A DNA stretch of 64,000 nt from the human T2T-CHM13v2.0 reference genome, Homo sapiens, in NCBI RefSeq assembly GCF_009914755.1, contig NC_060926.1, one strand, 5' to 3'. The notes beneath the pieces were generated by a model. That model had not been told where the DNA came from. It searched no databases and worked only from the letters and a program-made list of their open reading frames with translations. A program made the translations under genes and the position numbers. Position 1 is the stretch's first letter, and each line of letters begins with the position of its first letter. Of the stretch, positions 25,695-39,045 are shown in pieces.

Positions 25695-28132
25695 CTATGC
25701 CTTGTCTGGGGACCCTGTAGAGTCACTGACCCTGGAGCGGCTCTCCTGAGAGGTGCTGCAGGCAAAGTGAGACTGACACCTCACTGAGGAAGGGAGACAT
25801 ATTCTTGGAGAACTTTCCATCTGCTTGTATTTTCCATACACATCCCCAGCCAGAAGTTAGTGTCCGAAGACCGAATTTTATTTTACAGAGCTTGAAAACT
25901 CACTTCAATGAACAAAGGGATTCTCCAGGATTCCAAAGTTTTGAAGTCATCTTAGCTTTCCACAGGAGGGAGAGAACTTAAAAAAGCAACAGTAGCAGGG
26001 AATTGATCCACTTCTTAATGCTTTCCTCCCTGGCATGACCATCCTGTCCTTTGTTATTATCCTGCATTTTACGTCTTTGGAGGAACAGCTCCCTAGTGGC
26101 TTCCTCCGTCTGCAATGTCCCTTGCACAGCCCACACATGAACCATCCTTCCCATGATGCCGCTCTTCTGTCATCCCGCTCCTGCTGAAACACCTCCCAGG
26201 GGCTCCACCTGTTCAGGAGCTGAAGCCCATGCTTTCCCACCAGCATGTCACTCCCAGACCACCTCCCTGCCCTGTCCTCCAGCTTCCCCTCGCTGTCCTG
26301 CTGTGTGAATTCCCAGGTTGGCCTGGTGGCCATGTCGCCTGCCCCCAGCACTCCTCTGTCTCTGCTCTTGCCTGCACCCTTCCTCCTCCTTTGCCTAGGA
26401 GGCCTTCTCGCATTTTCTCTAGCTGATCAGAATTTTACCAAAATTCAGAACATCCTCCAATTCCACAGTCTCTGGGAGACTTTCCCTAAGAGGCGACTTC
26501 CTCTCCAGCCTTCTCTCTCTGGTCAGGCCCACTGCAGAGATGGTGGTGAGCACATCTGGGAGGCTGGTCTCCCTCCAGCTGGAATTGCTGCTCTCTGAGG
26601 GAGAGGCTGTGGTGGCTGTCTCTGTCCCTCACTGCCTTCCAGGAGCAATTTGCACATGTAACATAGATTTATGTAATGCTTTATGTTTAAAAACATTCCC
26701 CAATTATCTTATTTAATTTTTGCAATTATTCTAATTTTATATATAGAGAAAGTGACCTATTTTTTAAAAAAATCACACTCTAAGTTCTATTGAACCTAGG
26801 ACTTGAGCCTCCATTTCTGGCTTCTAGTCTGGTGTTCTGAGTACTTGATTTCAGGTCAATAACGGTCCCCCCTCACTCCACACTGGCACGTTTGTGAGAA
26901 GAAATGACATTTTGCTAGGAAGTGACCGAGTCTAGGAATGCTTTTATTCAAGACACCAAATTCCAAACTTCTAAATGTTGGAATTTTCAAAAATTGTGTT
27001 TAGATTTTATGAAAAACTCTTCTACTTTCATCTATTCTTTCCCTAGAGGCAAACATTTCTTAAAATGTTTCATTTTCATTAAAAATGAAAGCCAAATTTA
27101 TATGCCACCGATTGCAGGACACAAGCACAGTTTTAAGAGTTGTATGAACATGGAGAGGACTTTTGGTTTTTATATTTCTCGTATTTAATATGGGTGAACA
27201 CCAACTTTTATTTGGAATAATAATTTTCCTCCTAAACAAAAACACATTGAGTTTAAGTCTCTGACTCTTGCCTTTCCACCTGCTTTCTCCTGGGCCCGCT
27301 TTGCCTGCTTGAAGGAACAGTGCTGTTCTGGAGCTGCTGTTCCAACAGACAGGGCCTAGCTTTCATTTGACACACAGACTACAGCCAGAAGCCCATGGAG
27401 CAGGGATGTCACGTCTTGAAAAGCCTATTAGATGTTTTACAAATTTAATTTTGCAGATTATTTTAGTCTGTCATCCAGAAAATGTGTCAGCATGCATAGT
27501 GCTAAGAAAGCAAGCCAATTTGGAAACTTAGGTTAGTGACAAAATTGGCCAGAGAGTGGGGGTGATGATGACCAAGAATTACAAGTAGAATGGCAGCTGG
27601 AATTTAAGGAGGGACAAGAATCAATGGATAAGCGTGGGTGGAGGAAGATCCAAACAGAAAAGTGCAAAGTTATTCCCCATCTTCCAAGGGTTGAATTCTG
27701 GAGGAAGAAGACACATTCCTAGTTCCCCGTGAACTTCCTTTGACTTATTGTCCCCACTAAAACAAAACAAAAAACTTTTAATGCCTTCCACATTAATTAG
27801 ATTTTCTTGCAGTTTTTTTATGGCATTTTTTTAAAGATGCCCTAAGTGTTGAAGAAGAGTTTGCAAATGCAACAAAATATTTAATTACCGGTTGTTAAAA
27901 CTGGTTTAGCACAATTTATATTTTCCCTCTCTTGCCTTTCTTATTTGCAATAAAAGGTATTGAGCCATTTTTTAAATGACATTTTTGATAAATTATGTTT
28001 GTACTAGTTGATGAAGGAGTTTTTTTTAACCTGTTTATATAATTTTGCAGCAGAAGCCAAATTTTTTGTATATTAAAGCACCAAATTCATGTACAGCATG
28101 CATCACGGATCAATAGACTGTACTTATTTTCC

Positions 28133-28138
28133 AATAAA
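28133..28138 (+). terminator. IL1R1: Likely distal IL1R1 polyadenylation signal
   Basis: AATAAA with upstream TGTA (CFIm-type) motifs at 28090 and 28119 and downstream T/GT-rich sequence. Confidence 0.8.
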
Positions 28139-30055
28139 ATTTTCAAACTTTGTACTGTTATCCTGAGAATCTGTTCTTTGTCCAGTCCACAGCTTACCTG
28201 CACATTTGCACATTCCCAGGCCTCAACAAGGTGAGGAGACCTTCTGCAGAGAGTTCTTCCTGTTGTGGGGAAGCAGGTGGGGAGGAGCTGGAGGAGGGGA
28301 GGGGAGTGGAGGTCAGAGGCTATTGGCTTAACAGTGAGCCCTAACTCCCTTCTTCTAGCTAAACTCTACTCCCTCTGCTCATTTGCTTCTAAAATGGATT
28401 AAAATGTGAGCCTTGTCAATAACTGTTTATTAACTTCTTATCAATTTACTATTAACTTATCACTTTACCTGTCCAAAAAATGATAAAGGGAATATTTGTA
28501 TAGACTTTTACATTTTACAAAGCGCTTTTATTTTTTCCTTTGACCCAGAAGGTGGGCAAAATTGGTGAACTTGCTGTCCAAAATGCATGCTCTAAAGCTT
28601 GTTAACTCTGATGGTCAGAGATGACACCCAGTCAGTGCCTCCTTCTTACCTCACAGCAATGCTAAGGGGCAGGTGACTCTCTCAGTACCTGGGGAGAAGG
28701 GGCAGGTGGCAGGTTGGCTTAGAGTCTGAGTCCAGTATGAGCACTGCCTCCACCAGCTACCTGGAGTGAAACCTTAGGCAAAGTATTTGAGCCTCAATTT
28801 ACTCATTATATAGGTATAATATCTAACTCATAGAGTTAAGATTAAAAAGATTAAATATATTATGACAAGCCTAGTGCTTAGCATAAAGCAGGTTCTCAGA
28901 AAATGGTTGCTTTGTTAGTAGCAATTCTATGAATTGCTTATCTGAAGCCCTATTAGAATCTGCAAATGGAAGGGGTAGAGAGGACTTATAAATTAGAAAT
29001 GACAATTGACACTAAGGACAAAGTACACAATGTCAAACTGAAGTTGTATAACCACAGAGGCCAGGAGCCCTGTCCAGCCCACAGCCCCTCCACTGGCCCC
29101 CAACCTGAAAGAATGTTTCTCACTGGAAGAGTTCAGGGAGCTTTGCACCACATTTTGGTTATGATACCAGTTAATGTGAAAACCATTAGGAAAATCAGTG
29201 CTAACCACCATTTAAAACTCACACGTTTTCCTCTCTTTATCAGATAAATTTTCCCCAGTAAATGCAAAATAGGTTTTTAGGGAGTCTCTGGAATTATTTT
29301 ACAACAGGAATGCCGTCTGGTGGAAAAAGACCTGGAACTAAATTCCTGCACTGTCACAGCTTTGAAACCACAACAAAGCACCTGGTTGTATGGAACCCCC
29401 ATTTTCTCATGTGTAAAACAGGACTTCCTATGTTACAAGATGTTTATATGTAGGAAGTCTCTGTCCAGTATACGGGATAGAATCTCAAAATATATTTTCT
29501 TAGTTTTATCACTTGATGAGTACAGATAAAACAAAAAACTTACTCATCCAAAATGTATATTTTTCAAATTCTAGGGTTTTAGGTGTGTGCGGGGGTTGGA
29601 GAGTGATATAATGCTGGTGTTAACTTTTTAAAATGATCACAGCTGCTACTTAATCCCATTTTAGCAAGTCAGGATCTGGTTTAGCATTTTTAATATAGTA
29701 CGTTCCCCAAGTAGTAATTGAAGGACTTCTAAGTATAAATACCATGCAATTATAAAATCAGAGATTTCCTCCAGCTTATTTGTCAAAAGAAAATCTTTTC
29801 GCCTTTGACGTGAGGCTCTGGGAGTGTGGTGAGGTTGGCTTAGCGTGCAGGGCATAGGGAGCGTAGCAGGTGGGGAAGAATGTGGATTGGGCTGGAAGGG
29901 AAAAATTGTTCCTCTGTTACTAAAATAAAATACATGAATGAATCACCATCATGGCAATAATTCATAAAATGGAGTACACATGAAAAAATGTATGTGGGAA
30001 GACAGAGGAAAGGGATAATTTTTTGATGTGATAACATTCATTTTACAACCAAAGA

Positions 30056-30085
30056 TTGTGTGTGTGTGTGTGGGGGGGGGCGGGG
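30056..30085. repeat. (TG)n microsatellite fused to a G-run
   Basis: tgtgtgtgtgtgtgtggggggggg-c-gggg. Confidence 0.85.
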
Positions 30086-31873
30086 TGTTTAAATTTTAAG
30101 GAGAGGAAGAGTTACAGGAATAGGTGGTACTATTTAAAATGAGTATTAATCATTCAAAACAAAAACATGCTCATCTTACCACATGCCGCTCAGGTTTCTT
30201 CTGAAGAAGGCTTGGCTGCTCAAAGTACGTAAATCATACCTATACCTTAAATCTGAGCCCCAAACATTAGCACAGCAGTCTCTCAAAATTTGCAGCTGTT
30301 AGACCAGTTGAGCCTGTACCACCTGACTCTAGACTCATAGGAGGCTGTTGACATCTCTAAAGCTGTGTTCAACCAGTTGAGAGATTAATTTACCTACAGG
30401 GTGAAGTTGATGAAGCTTGTTTTTCTTAGAACCTTTGACCTGGAAGTGATCCCAAGTGCCATTTGGCTTCTGCTTCCGGGTCTGGGAAGGCTACAATGAT
30501 ACCATTCTACAGTGTTCATTGGTTTTCCTGTCAATCTACACATCCTGAGGATGAGATTCCTTAGGCTTCTTTAGTGAAACGGTATTGCATGTTTCACAGC
30601 CTGTGTGGGGACCCACTCCTGCTTTGGTTCATGTAGTTAATCCTTCCCTGGCTAACACTACATTTTCCCTCCACAGCCATGTTACGTCACTTACCCTGCT
30701 TAGCCAGGGACAGACTGCAGCTTCTCATTTGCTTTCAAGGCTGTAGACAGCAGCCATCTGTTTCAACAGTTTTTGTCGTCAGATGCTATTCCGTAGTCCT
30801 GCCTTCCACACTGTACTTGATTGCTTCTGAATTCTTGTCTTTCCTAAAACTGGACCCATGTCCTCTCTCAAATTCAAAAACACAGGGGAAATATTTGTGT
30901 TCTCAAGCGTACTTTTAGATTTTTAAAAAGTGCTAACCAAGTGGTTAACATTATGCTAGACACTGAGAAAATTACAAAGTAAGAAAAAACAGAAATCTAG
31001 CCAGAGAAGAAGAGTGTGAAGAGAAAGTTGTTCAGGAAACAATCTCATATGACAGAGGGTCTTAAACCCATGACTGAACTATTTGGACTTTACCACTAGG
31101 AGTAGGTATATGGGAGATATTGGAGGCAACAGGTTGGAAGAACTTTCGACATAAAGAAACACATTGATAGGGCACTATTGTACAGCAGATTGGGAGGAGG
31201 TAAAAGGTTACATAGGGAGGTTGTTAGGAAGGTGGTAGAGTAATCCCCTTGGGAGTCAATTATATTTAAGACATTTTATAAAATAAATTAGGAGAAACTT
31301 CTTTTTATTACGAAAGCAATAATGGTTTGAGAGAATGTGGAAATTTCTAAAACATATAAGGAAGAAAAATGTCACCCATAACTTCACAACCTAAAGATAA
31401 TTATTGATATTTTATAACATTTCTATGGATATAACTGAGACCATATAATACATGGAGTTTAACACTCTTTTTAAAACTTAGCATAAATATTTGCCCACAT
31501 TACTATTATACGAAATACAATCTATAAGTAGTCACTAAGTCTATCAAATGGATGGTCCATAATCTGATAGCTTTGCTGCCTTCAGTGGACATCCAGATTA
31601 TTTCTAGTTTTAGCTATCAGTAGTCAAAGTGCAATAGTTATCCTTTCTCAAATATTTTTGCTTCCCTAATCATTTGCTTAGCATATATTCAGAGGGCAAG
31701 ATTCCTTTTCAGGTTCTTGATGTTCCATAGAGACATTTGCTCCTCTTACACAAGCAGTGTGTGGCACTGAGAATACTCATTATTAAATCATTGCTAATTT
31801 GATAGACAAAAAAAGGTTATCCTTTGCCAGTTAACTATTAACATGGTTGAATGTTTCACTTAACAATTACAGT

Positions 31874-32045
31874 TGGAGGCGGGTGGATCACTTGAAGCCA
31901 GGAGTTTGAGACCAGCCTGGTCAACATGGTGAAATGAAACCCCATCTCTACCAAAAACACACAAAAAGCAAAAAACAAAAATTACCTGGGCGTGGTGGTG
32001 CACGCCTGTAATCCCAGCTACTAAGGAGGCTGAGGCAGCTGAGGC
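31874..32045 (+). mobile_element. Truncated Alu fragment in antisense L1M sequence
   Basis: Partial left arm, A-rich linker and start of the right arm. Confidence 0.8.
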
Positions 32046-34164
32046 TATTGGCTTCGTCTGTGTTATTTTATTTTGGAATTTACAAACTGTTTCCTCCTTT
32101 GTGATTTTGCACTAGCTGTTTCCTACTTTGGGGAAAGCCCTTCTCGCAGACCTCCACATGCTGGACTCCTTGCCTTGACAAGGGCCTCTGCTGCACCATA
32201 GTCCCTTCTGAAGGGAGGACTTCCCCAACACCCTCTCCATCACTTCATCATAATTGCTTTCAGGGTTCTCACCAGCCTGAAATCATCCTTCAAAATTTTC
32301 TTATTTACTTGACACTAGAATGACTGTAAACTCTAAGAGGGTCTGTCTTCTGTACAGCTGTATTTCTGGCACTCAGAATATCACCTGGAACACAGTGGGA
32401 ACTGTATAAATATTTGATGAGGGACTGAGCGAACTAATGAATGGAGCTCGAGGGAGTGAGTGATTAAGCCCAGGACTGCAGGAAACCAAGTGCTTTAAGG
32501 ACCTCCTTCCAGTCTCCCTGGCTGCTTCTTCCATTTCTAGAAGTCCATTTCATCCCAACAATAGCAGTCTGCTACAGAAATGCTGCTATATATTCCCAAG
32601 CCTCATAGAGGGGAAATATGAGAACTTAAGGGCCTTAAAGGTATAAAGATCTTGGTGGAGCCCCAAACACCCACCCCAGCCTAATACTGGGTTTTGGAAA
32701 GTTTAATTGTTGCGTGTGAATATATTTCTGTTTCATTCTCATTGGGAAACATTATCTGTGGGATATGGCCAATGGGAAATAATCAGATATTTAGTTAGAA
32801 CAAATAAAAGGTAGTATGCATCATGTAAAATATAAATTTGTATATGAAATCTTTAATCCAAATTGTTGCCCTCCTACCCTTCTGAATAGCCGTCATATCC
32901 TAGTCTGAGGGTCAAATAGACTGAAGGTAAAATTCAACCAAGCAGAATTCTGTAATGCTTTCATCACACACAGATTTGTTGCTTTTTGCCTGCTCTCAGA
33001 ATGAAGTGATGAATCTCTAGAGGAAGTTGATTTACTTCATAAAAAAAAAAACCAACTGAAAATTATTTCCTATGGCCACTGACTAATGCTAGAAAACATT
33101 AAGAATATTCCCATTGAAAAAATATCTGCAAGTGGGAGAGAATTAGACAAGGAGGGGTTGGTAGGGGGATGGTGATAAGCATCTATTACATATTATACAC
33201 CCTGTTATGGAGGCTTTACAACTGCCACCTCTGAAAACGGGGCATAACCTCTCAATCTAAATGTATATAAAATAAAATCACAGGATAGCTTTTACATCAG
33301 AGCCGCAAAACTGGCAAAATTTAAAAGTCTGACATTACCAAATATTGGTAAGAACATGAAGCAATGAAATTCTTTTCCTCTAAAGGACATAGCTATGGAA
33401 AAAAATTAGGGCTTTTCTAATACAATTGAGGATGTACCTACCCAATGATTCTGCAATTCCGTTCACTAAATGGCCTCTGAAATACTCGCACAAAAGGACA
33501 TTACCAGAATCTTTGCAGCAGCACCGTTTATAAGAGCAAAATATAAATTTGGAAAAACTTAAATGTTCGAAGGAGATGAATACATTTAAGTTTTTTTTTT
33601 TCAAGGTAATTGAGAACCTGCAGTAAATATTATGGTTTCCTGTTATTTTTAATTGCTAAGTTTACAATACCCGGAATAAGTTCTGCCTTCAAAGCCAAGT
33701 GTTCATTTTCCACGTATCAGGAAACACATTTGGCATAGAGACCATCCCAGGAAGTTAAATTTCAGATTCTCAGAATTAGTAGCAAAGTGCAATGTCAGAA
33801 GTGTCCAGTGAGAGGCACTGCAGGGGACTGGGATGGCCTGTCTTAACTTCATACATTTTGGGGCAACAATACCCATTAAACTTGGCATATATACTAGTCC
33901 TCAGGCTAAGAAATAAGATAGGACACAAATGCATCTATTCATAAAGTGAAAATGAAAAAAGATAGCATAAAGATTTAGAAATACCTTTCAACACTGCTCA
34001 TAGAAATAATTCTGAATGCAAATCATATGACTTTTATAAAAATAGTAACACTTTTGTTTTGTTTTGGATGAGGACATAAATGCTGAAGAATATACATATA
34101 CAGAGGAACCTCGTTTACTGCTGATAGTAGGGGAAATAAATAATAATCTCTATTTATAGCTTAA

Positions 34165-34660
34165 GAAAGAGGTCCTCAAAGAGTGGGAGCCCTATGGGTC
34201 CCTGAGAGACCCTTCAAAAAGATCTGTGAAATCAAAACTATGTTCATCGTAATATTAAGACCTTATATTCCTTTTTTATTCTCATTCTCTCATTAGTGTA
34301 TGGTGGACCTTTTCAGAAGCTATATGACATATTATATCATGACACTGATTGCAGAAGCAAGTATGAGAATCCAGTCATCTTCTAGTAAGCCAGACATCAA
34401 AGAGATCTGCATCTATGTAGAACAATGCCGCTTTTCTCAATAAGCCTGTTTTAGAAAGTAGAGTTATTTTTCATAAATTGTATGATATTTGCGTTAACAT
34501 GTAATGGGTTTATTGTCACTTAAATAAGAAAGTAAACGTTTAAAAATTCTCCCTTTAACTTCTAATGTAGTAATATTGACAGGCATAACCTACATAGACA
34601 AAAGCACTTTGGAATCCTCAATACTTTTTAAGAGTGTAGAAATCTACAAACCACTGACCT
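34165..34660. mobile_element. Charlie1-like hAT DNA transposon fragment
   Basis: ggtccctgagagacccttc...tcaaaactatgttcatcgtaatattaagac resembles the recalled Charlie1 terminal region. Confidence 0.6.
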
Positions 34661-35257
34661 TCAGCCTATCACAGGAAGCTTTGCTATTAGCACAATTATT
34701 GCATCTCTGCTCCTATGGTTGCTTTTGTCTCACTGTCTCTGATCTTTCAAAGACCGTTGGGAAGAGCTTGACCAGTAATCTATTGAATGGAGATTACATT
34801 TTGAACCTTTTCCTACAACTCAGTGCCCTGTGGGATGACTCTGGGGTGTCTCCTGATGGCTAGGGCAACAGGTCCCTGTTGACATCACCTTATCGGGAAG
34901 TTTTAGACAGGAACAGTCTTCAGGCTCTGAAGTACTTGAACACCATGGGATTCCTGCCTTACAGAAGTTAATGAGCACGACTCAGGCAGATTCATAATTC
35001 TCCTTAGAAGCCATTTGGGATGGCTTCCACTTTGGGGTCATTCCACATAGGCCAATGCAGAGCATGCAGTAACTGCTCAAATAGGATTTGGAAAGGAATG
35101 AATAATTCATTTAGACGTTCAACTTGGAATAGACTTAAGCAGACACTCCTGGTGATGAAGGACTTAGATGCCAGAAAATCAGGCTCAAAGACTTTCAAGC
35201 CACTTCCTAGTGTGATGTCACATTCCTTCCTACGCTCCACTGGGGAAGGCAGGTCTG

Positions 35258-35372
35258 CCCCGCCCACGGTGGCGGGGAAATACCTAGGCATGGAAGTGGC
35301 ATGACAGGGCTCGTGTCCCTGTCATATTTTCCACTCTCCACGAGGTCCTGCGCGCTTCAATCCTGCAGGCAG
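35258..35372 (+). other. IL1RL2: IL1RL2 exon 1 (5'UTR; start approximate)
   Basis: Donor GCAG|gtagac at 35372. Splicing to the acceptor before 36142 reproduces the recalled cDNA leader ...tgcaggcag|cccggtttggggATG. Confidence 0.75.
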
Positions 35373-36153
35373 GTAGACACCGGGCCGGGAGTCTGGCTGA
35401 GCCAGGCATGGGTGGGGCCCTGACAGTAGGAGAGGTGTGCAGGAAAAGACGTGGCAACAATGTGTGCCACCGCAGGCCAGGGATCAGGCCCCCCAGGCCG
35501 GCCCCCGACCGGCTAGGTGACCATGGGGGAGCCGACTCCGTCTCTGGGTCGAGGAGTGGAGCTCGCGGCTATTTTCAGCTCCAGCGGCTCCCTGCCTTCC
35601 TTTCTCCTTTCCCGCTGGCCCTTGCCAGGTAGGCCTGCCCTGGCTGCTCCCCAGTGAGCGGGTGTTTGGGGTTTCTGTTTAGACCGCCAGGCTCGGGTGG
35701 ATCCCGAGGACACAGGCGCGCAGGGGAGGCTCCGTGCGCCGCGAGCGGGGTTGGGGTCCCACGTCTGGAACCCAGGCCGCAGGCTGCGCTGGGGGGCGCC
35801 CTGGCCCTCACGGGGGCTCTGGACACCAGCCTGCTTCGCTGTCAGGTGGCAGAAGCAGCTCCCACGCGGTCCCCACCGCCGCCGCCGCCTACTCCTCGCC
35901 CATCCTCCTCTGCGGCGGGGCGAGCTCCCTGCCCTGGATCCTGGTCGGGCGCCCAGACGAAGGAGACAGGGGAAGGGCAGTCTTTGGGGAAACGTGGGGC
36001 CAAAGTCGGAGGGCTCCCCAGGAAAAAGGGAAGGTCAGCGGCCTGGGCGGTTGTCTTTGAGATTCCGAGGTCGCCCACGCCGGCGCCTCGGGCCCGCCCT
36101 ACTGCGTCCTCCCCTCCCACCCTCTTCTCCCTTCCTTGCAGCCCGGTTTGGGG

Positions 36154-36211
36154 ATGTGGTCCTTGCTGCTCTGCGGGTTGTCCATCGCCCTTCCACTGTC
36201 TGTCACAGCAG
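36154..36211 (+). CDS. IL1RL2: IL1RL2 (IL-36 receptor) signal-peptide exon MWSLLLCGLSIALPLSVTA
   Basis: Acceptor ccttgcAG (exon starts 36142), ATG at 36154, donor G|gtacgt, phase 1. Confidence 0.95.
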
Positions 36212-36560
36212 GTACGTTCCGTGTGTCCTCCGTTCCCAGAGGCTGCCCGAGTCCACAGGCTCCTGGCCTGTCATTGGGAGCCCCCGGGGATCGCGTCAGC
36301 CCGAGCGCGGCTCCTTCCCCTCCCCAGACCGCCAGGCGGAGTTCCGCGGAAGAGGAAACAGAGAACCAGCTCCACGTGCTCGGATGCTCAGCCCTGAATG
36401 TCGCCTTTGAGCTTGGAGGTGACTTCGGGGAGGGGAAGGAGTTAGGCAAATTCCAAGTGAAGACTTGAGTAACAATGCTCAAATGGAATTACTACAGGCT
36501 ATTTTATAAGATAAAGCGTTATTTTATGACACAAGGTGAAAGCAAGGAAACCGTCAATAG

Positions 36561-36890
<330 letters not shown>

Positions 36891-37362
36891 GGAAATTTGG
36901 TAGAAATGAACTTTAAAAGTGAACCAAATTTTTTTTCTTAAACAATCGTTTTGGGATGAAATACCTTTTACTCAAGACAGAGTAAAATAACTGGGTGGCA
37001 GAGCAGAAACAGAAAAGACAAGAAGGGTTGATTTACTCTGTAGGTGAGTACAGAGTAAAGAACTCTGTGGATGAAAAGAACTAAGGGTCGTAGAATAGAA
37101 GGGAAAGAGGGAAATCACTCCCGATGGGGAGGTTTGTGAGGAGGGAACGGAGTAAATTCTGTTTTATGGATACATTTAAAGAACTTGGAATTATACTTTA
37201 TAATCAGCAGGCTATTTTTAGGAAACTTCCAGACTCAAGAAACTCCCAAATAAAATTTCAAATTGGCTGGAAAATTGAAGAGGCATTTAAAAAAACTAAC
37301 AGTAAATAAAACTGAAGTTTTCTTTCATGGATAATTGTTTTGTTTTGTTTTTCTTTCCCTAG

Positions 37363-37597
37363 ATGGATGCAAGGACATTTTTATGAAAAATGAGATACTT
37401 TCAGCAAGCCAGCCTTTTGCTTTTAATTGTACATTCCCTCCCATAACATCTGGGGAAGTCAGTGTAACATGGTATAAAAATTCTAGCAAAATCCCAGTGT
37501 CCAAAATCATACAGTCTAGAATTCACCAGGACGAGACTTGGATTTTGTTTCTCCCCATGGAATGGGGGGACTCAGGAGTCTACCAATGTGTTATAAA
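37363..37597 (+). CDS. IL1RL2: IL1RL2 Ig1 exon (DGCKDIFMKNEIL...DSGVYQCVIK)
   Basis: 235 nt, same length and phase as the IL1R1 Ig1 exon; SRIHQ, WYK and DSGxYxC motifs shared. Confidence 0.96.
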
Positions 37598-37875
37598 GTA
37601 AGTTCCTAATTTAAAATAGAACTAACTCGTGTGTGTATGTATAAATTATTTTAGGAAAATTCTTAACGAACATAGAAAACTCTTGAGAAGAATTATGTTG
37701 TTGTATGTTTTTATAATTGCTACAAGACAATTTCCAGTGAACACATTTTTAAACAGAACAGATTTGTAAATCATTTTTGGAACCTGATATGCATCTTTCC
37801 CTATGGAAATGGCACCTCAGACCAGACCCACTCACAAAGTGTGTTTGTCCCAGTATTATTGCTGCCATCTTTCTT

Positions 37876-38238
37876 TCCTGTTTTCTTTTTCTTTTCTTTT
37901 TTATTTTTCTTTTTTATTTTTTGAGATGGAGTCTCGCTCCGTCACCAGGCTGGAGTGCAGTGGCGGCGATCTCGGCTCACTGCAACCTCCGCCTCCCAGG
38001 TTCAAGTGATTCTCCTGCCTCAGCTTCCGAAGTAGCTGGGATTATAGGCGCTTGGCTATATCCGAAGTAGCTGGGATTATAGGCGCAAGCCACCATGCTT
38101 GGCTAATTTTTTGTATTTTTAGTAGAGATGGGGTTTCACCGTGTTAGCTAGGATGATCTCGAGCTACTGAACTCGTGATCCGCCCGTCTTGGCCTCCCAA
38201 AGTGCTGGGATTACAGGCCTGAGCCACCTAGCCCGGCC
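37876..38238 (-). mobile_element. AluS with an internal 26-bp duplication
   Basis: TSD GCTGCCATCTTTCTT at 37861-37875 and 38239-38253. Confidence 0.92.
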
Positions 38239-38991
38239 GCTGCCATCTTTCTTGAAATGCCAAAAGTTTTTGTGGGAAATGGCACATCCAGATAGGAATG
38301 AGCCTCCTATGAGCGCTTTTCACGAGGAATCTGCTTAAGGCAGGGAGTAAGCATGGAGTATGTTCCAGACCTCACTGGAGAACCTGTGCTAAGAAATATG
38401 AATAACACAGGCCTGCTGGTGACTGTGGTCAGCTGGAAAACACATGCCCCTCAAAGGTAGCTGTCTATTCAGGTCAAGCCCATCTTCTCACTTTTCAAGG
38501 GAATATGGAAATCGGAATTTGTGTGTGCAACTTTTTATAATTTGTAAAGCTTTGTGGGGCCTGAATAAAACACATCTGTAGAACAAATTTAGCCTGAGGG
38601 CCCAATTTCGTGACTTTCCCACACTGGCTTGCATGACCTTAACAAATTACTTGATCTCTCTGAGCCTTGGTTTTTTTCTGTAAAATGGAAGTAATGCTGG
38701 CCTGATAGGCTTGAGGTGCAAATTAACTGAGATCAGGTGTGAAGTAGGTACTCCATTCTCTCGCTCTTGTTTTGATTCCGCGATATTTGCCAGCCCCTTT
38801 CTGTGTCCCAGCATGGCCCCTGTCCCACTCTGATTGCTGCTAGATTCCTCATTTCTAAACACCAGACAGACTAAATGCACAAAATTGAGTGGTTCACAAG
38901 TGGAAGTGGTCGTTAGCTCTGCCTGGCTCCTTTCCACAGATTTAGTTGCTAATAAACCGCTCAGGGCACGTGGAGGTCTGCTGTCCTATTT

Positions 38992-39045
38992 TAGCCTAGG
39001 CTGTGAATTATTAACTAGTAGCCTAGGCTGTGAATTATTAACTAG
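38992..39045. repeat. Perfect 27-bp tandem duplication
   Basis: TAGCCTAGGCTGTGAATTATTAACTAG at 38992-39018 and 39019-39045. Confidence 0.95.

Larger units (their letters stand above)
35250..36420. promoter_or_regulatory. IL1RL2: CpG island / IL1RL2 promoter spanning exon 1 to exon 2
   Basis: Sharp rise in GC and CpG content. GC-box CCCCGCCC 35258-35265, kB-like GGGAAATACC 35275-35284, ETS-like CACTTCCT 35201-35208. Confidence 0.88.

Noticed and set aside
35654-36482. Long overlapping ORFs (247, 237, 127 aa) in several frames
   Set aside because: They lie in a GC-rich CpG island depleted of stop codons, with Pro/Gly/Arg/Ala-biased translations and mostly non-ATG starts. Only 36154-36211 is supported as coding.
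38992-39045. Direct repeats as a CRISPR-like array
   Set aside because: Two adjacent copies with no spacers, in mammalian DNA; no array exists anywhere in the window.
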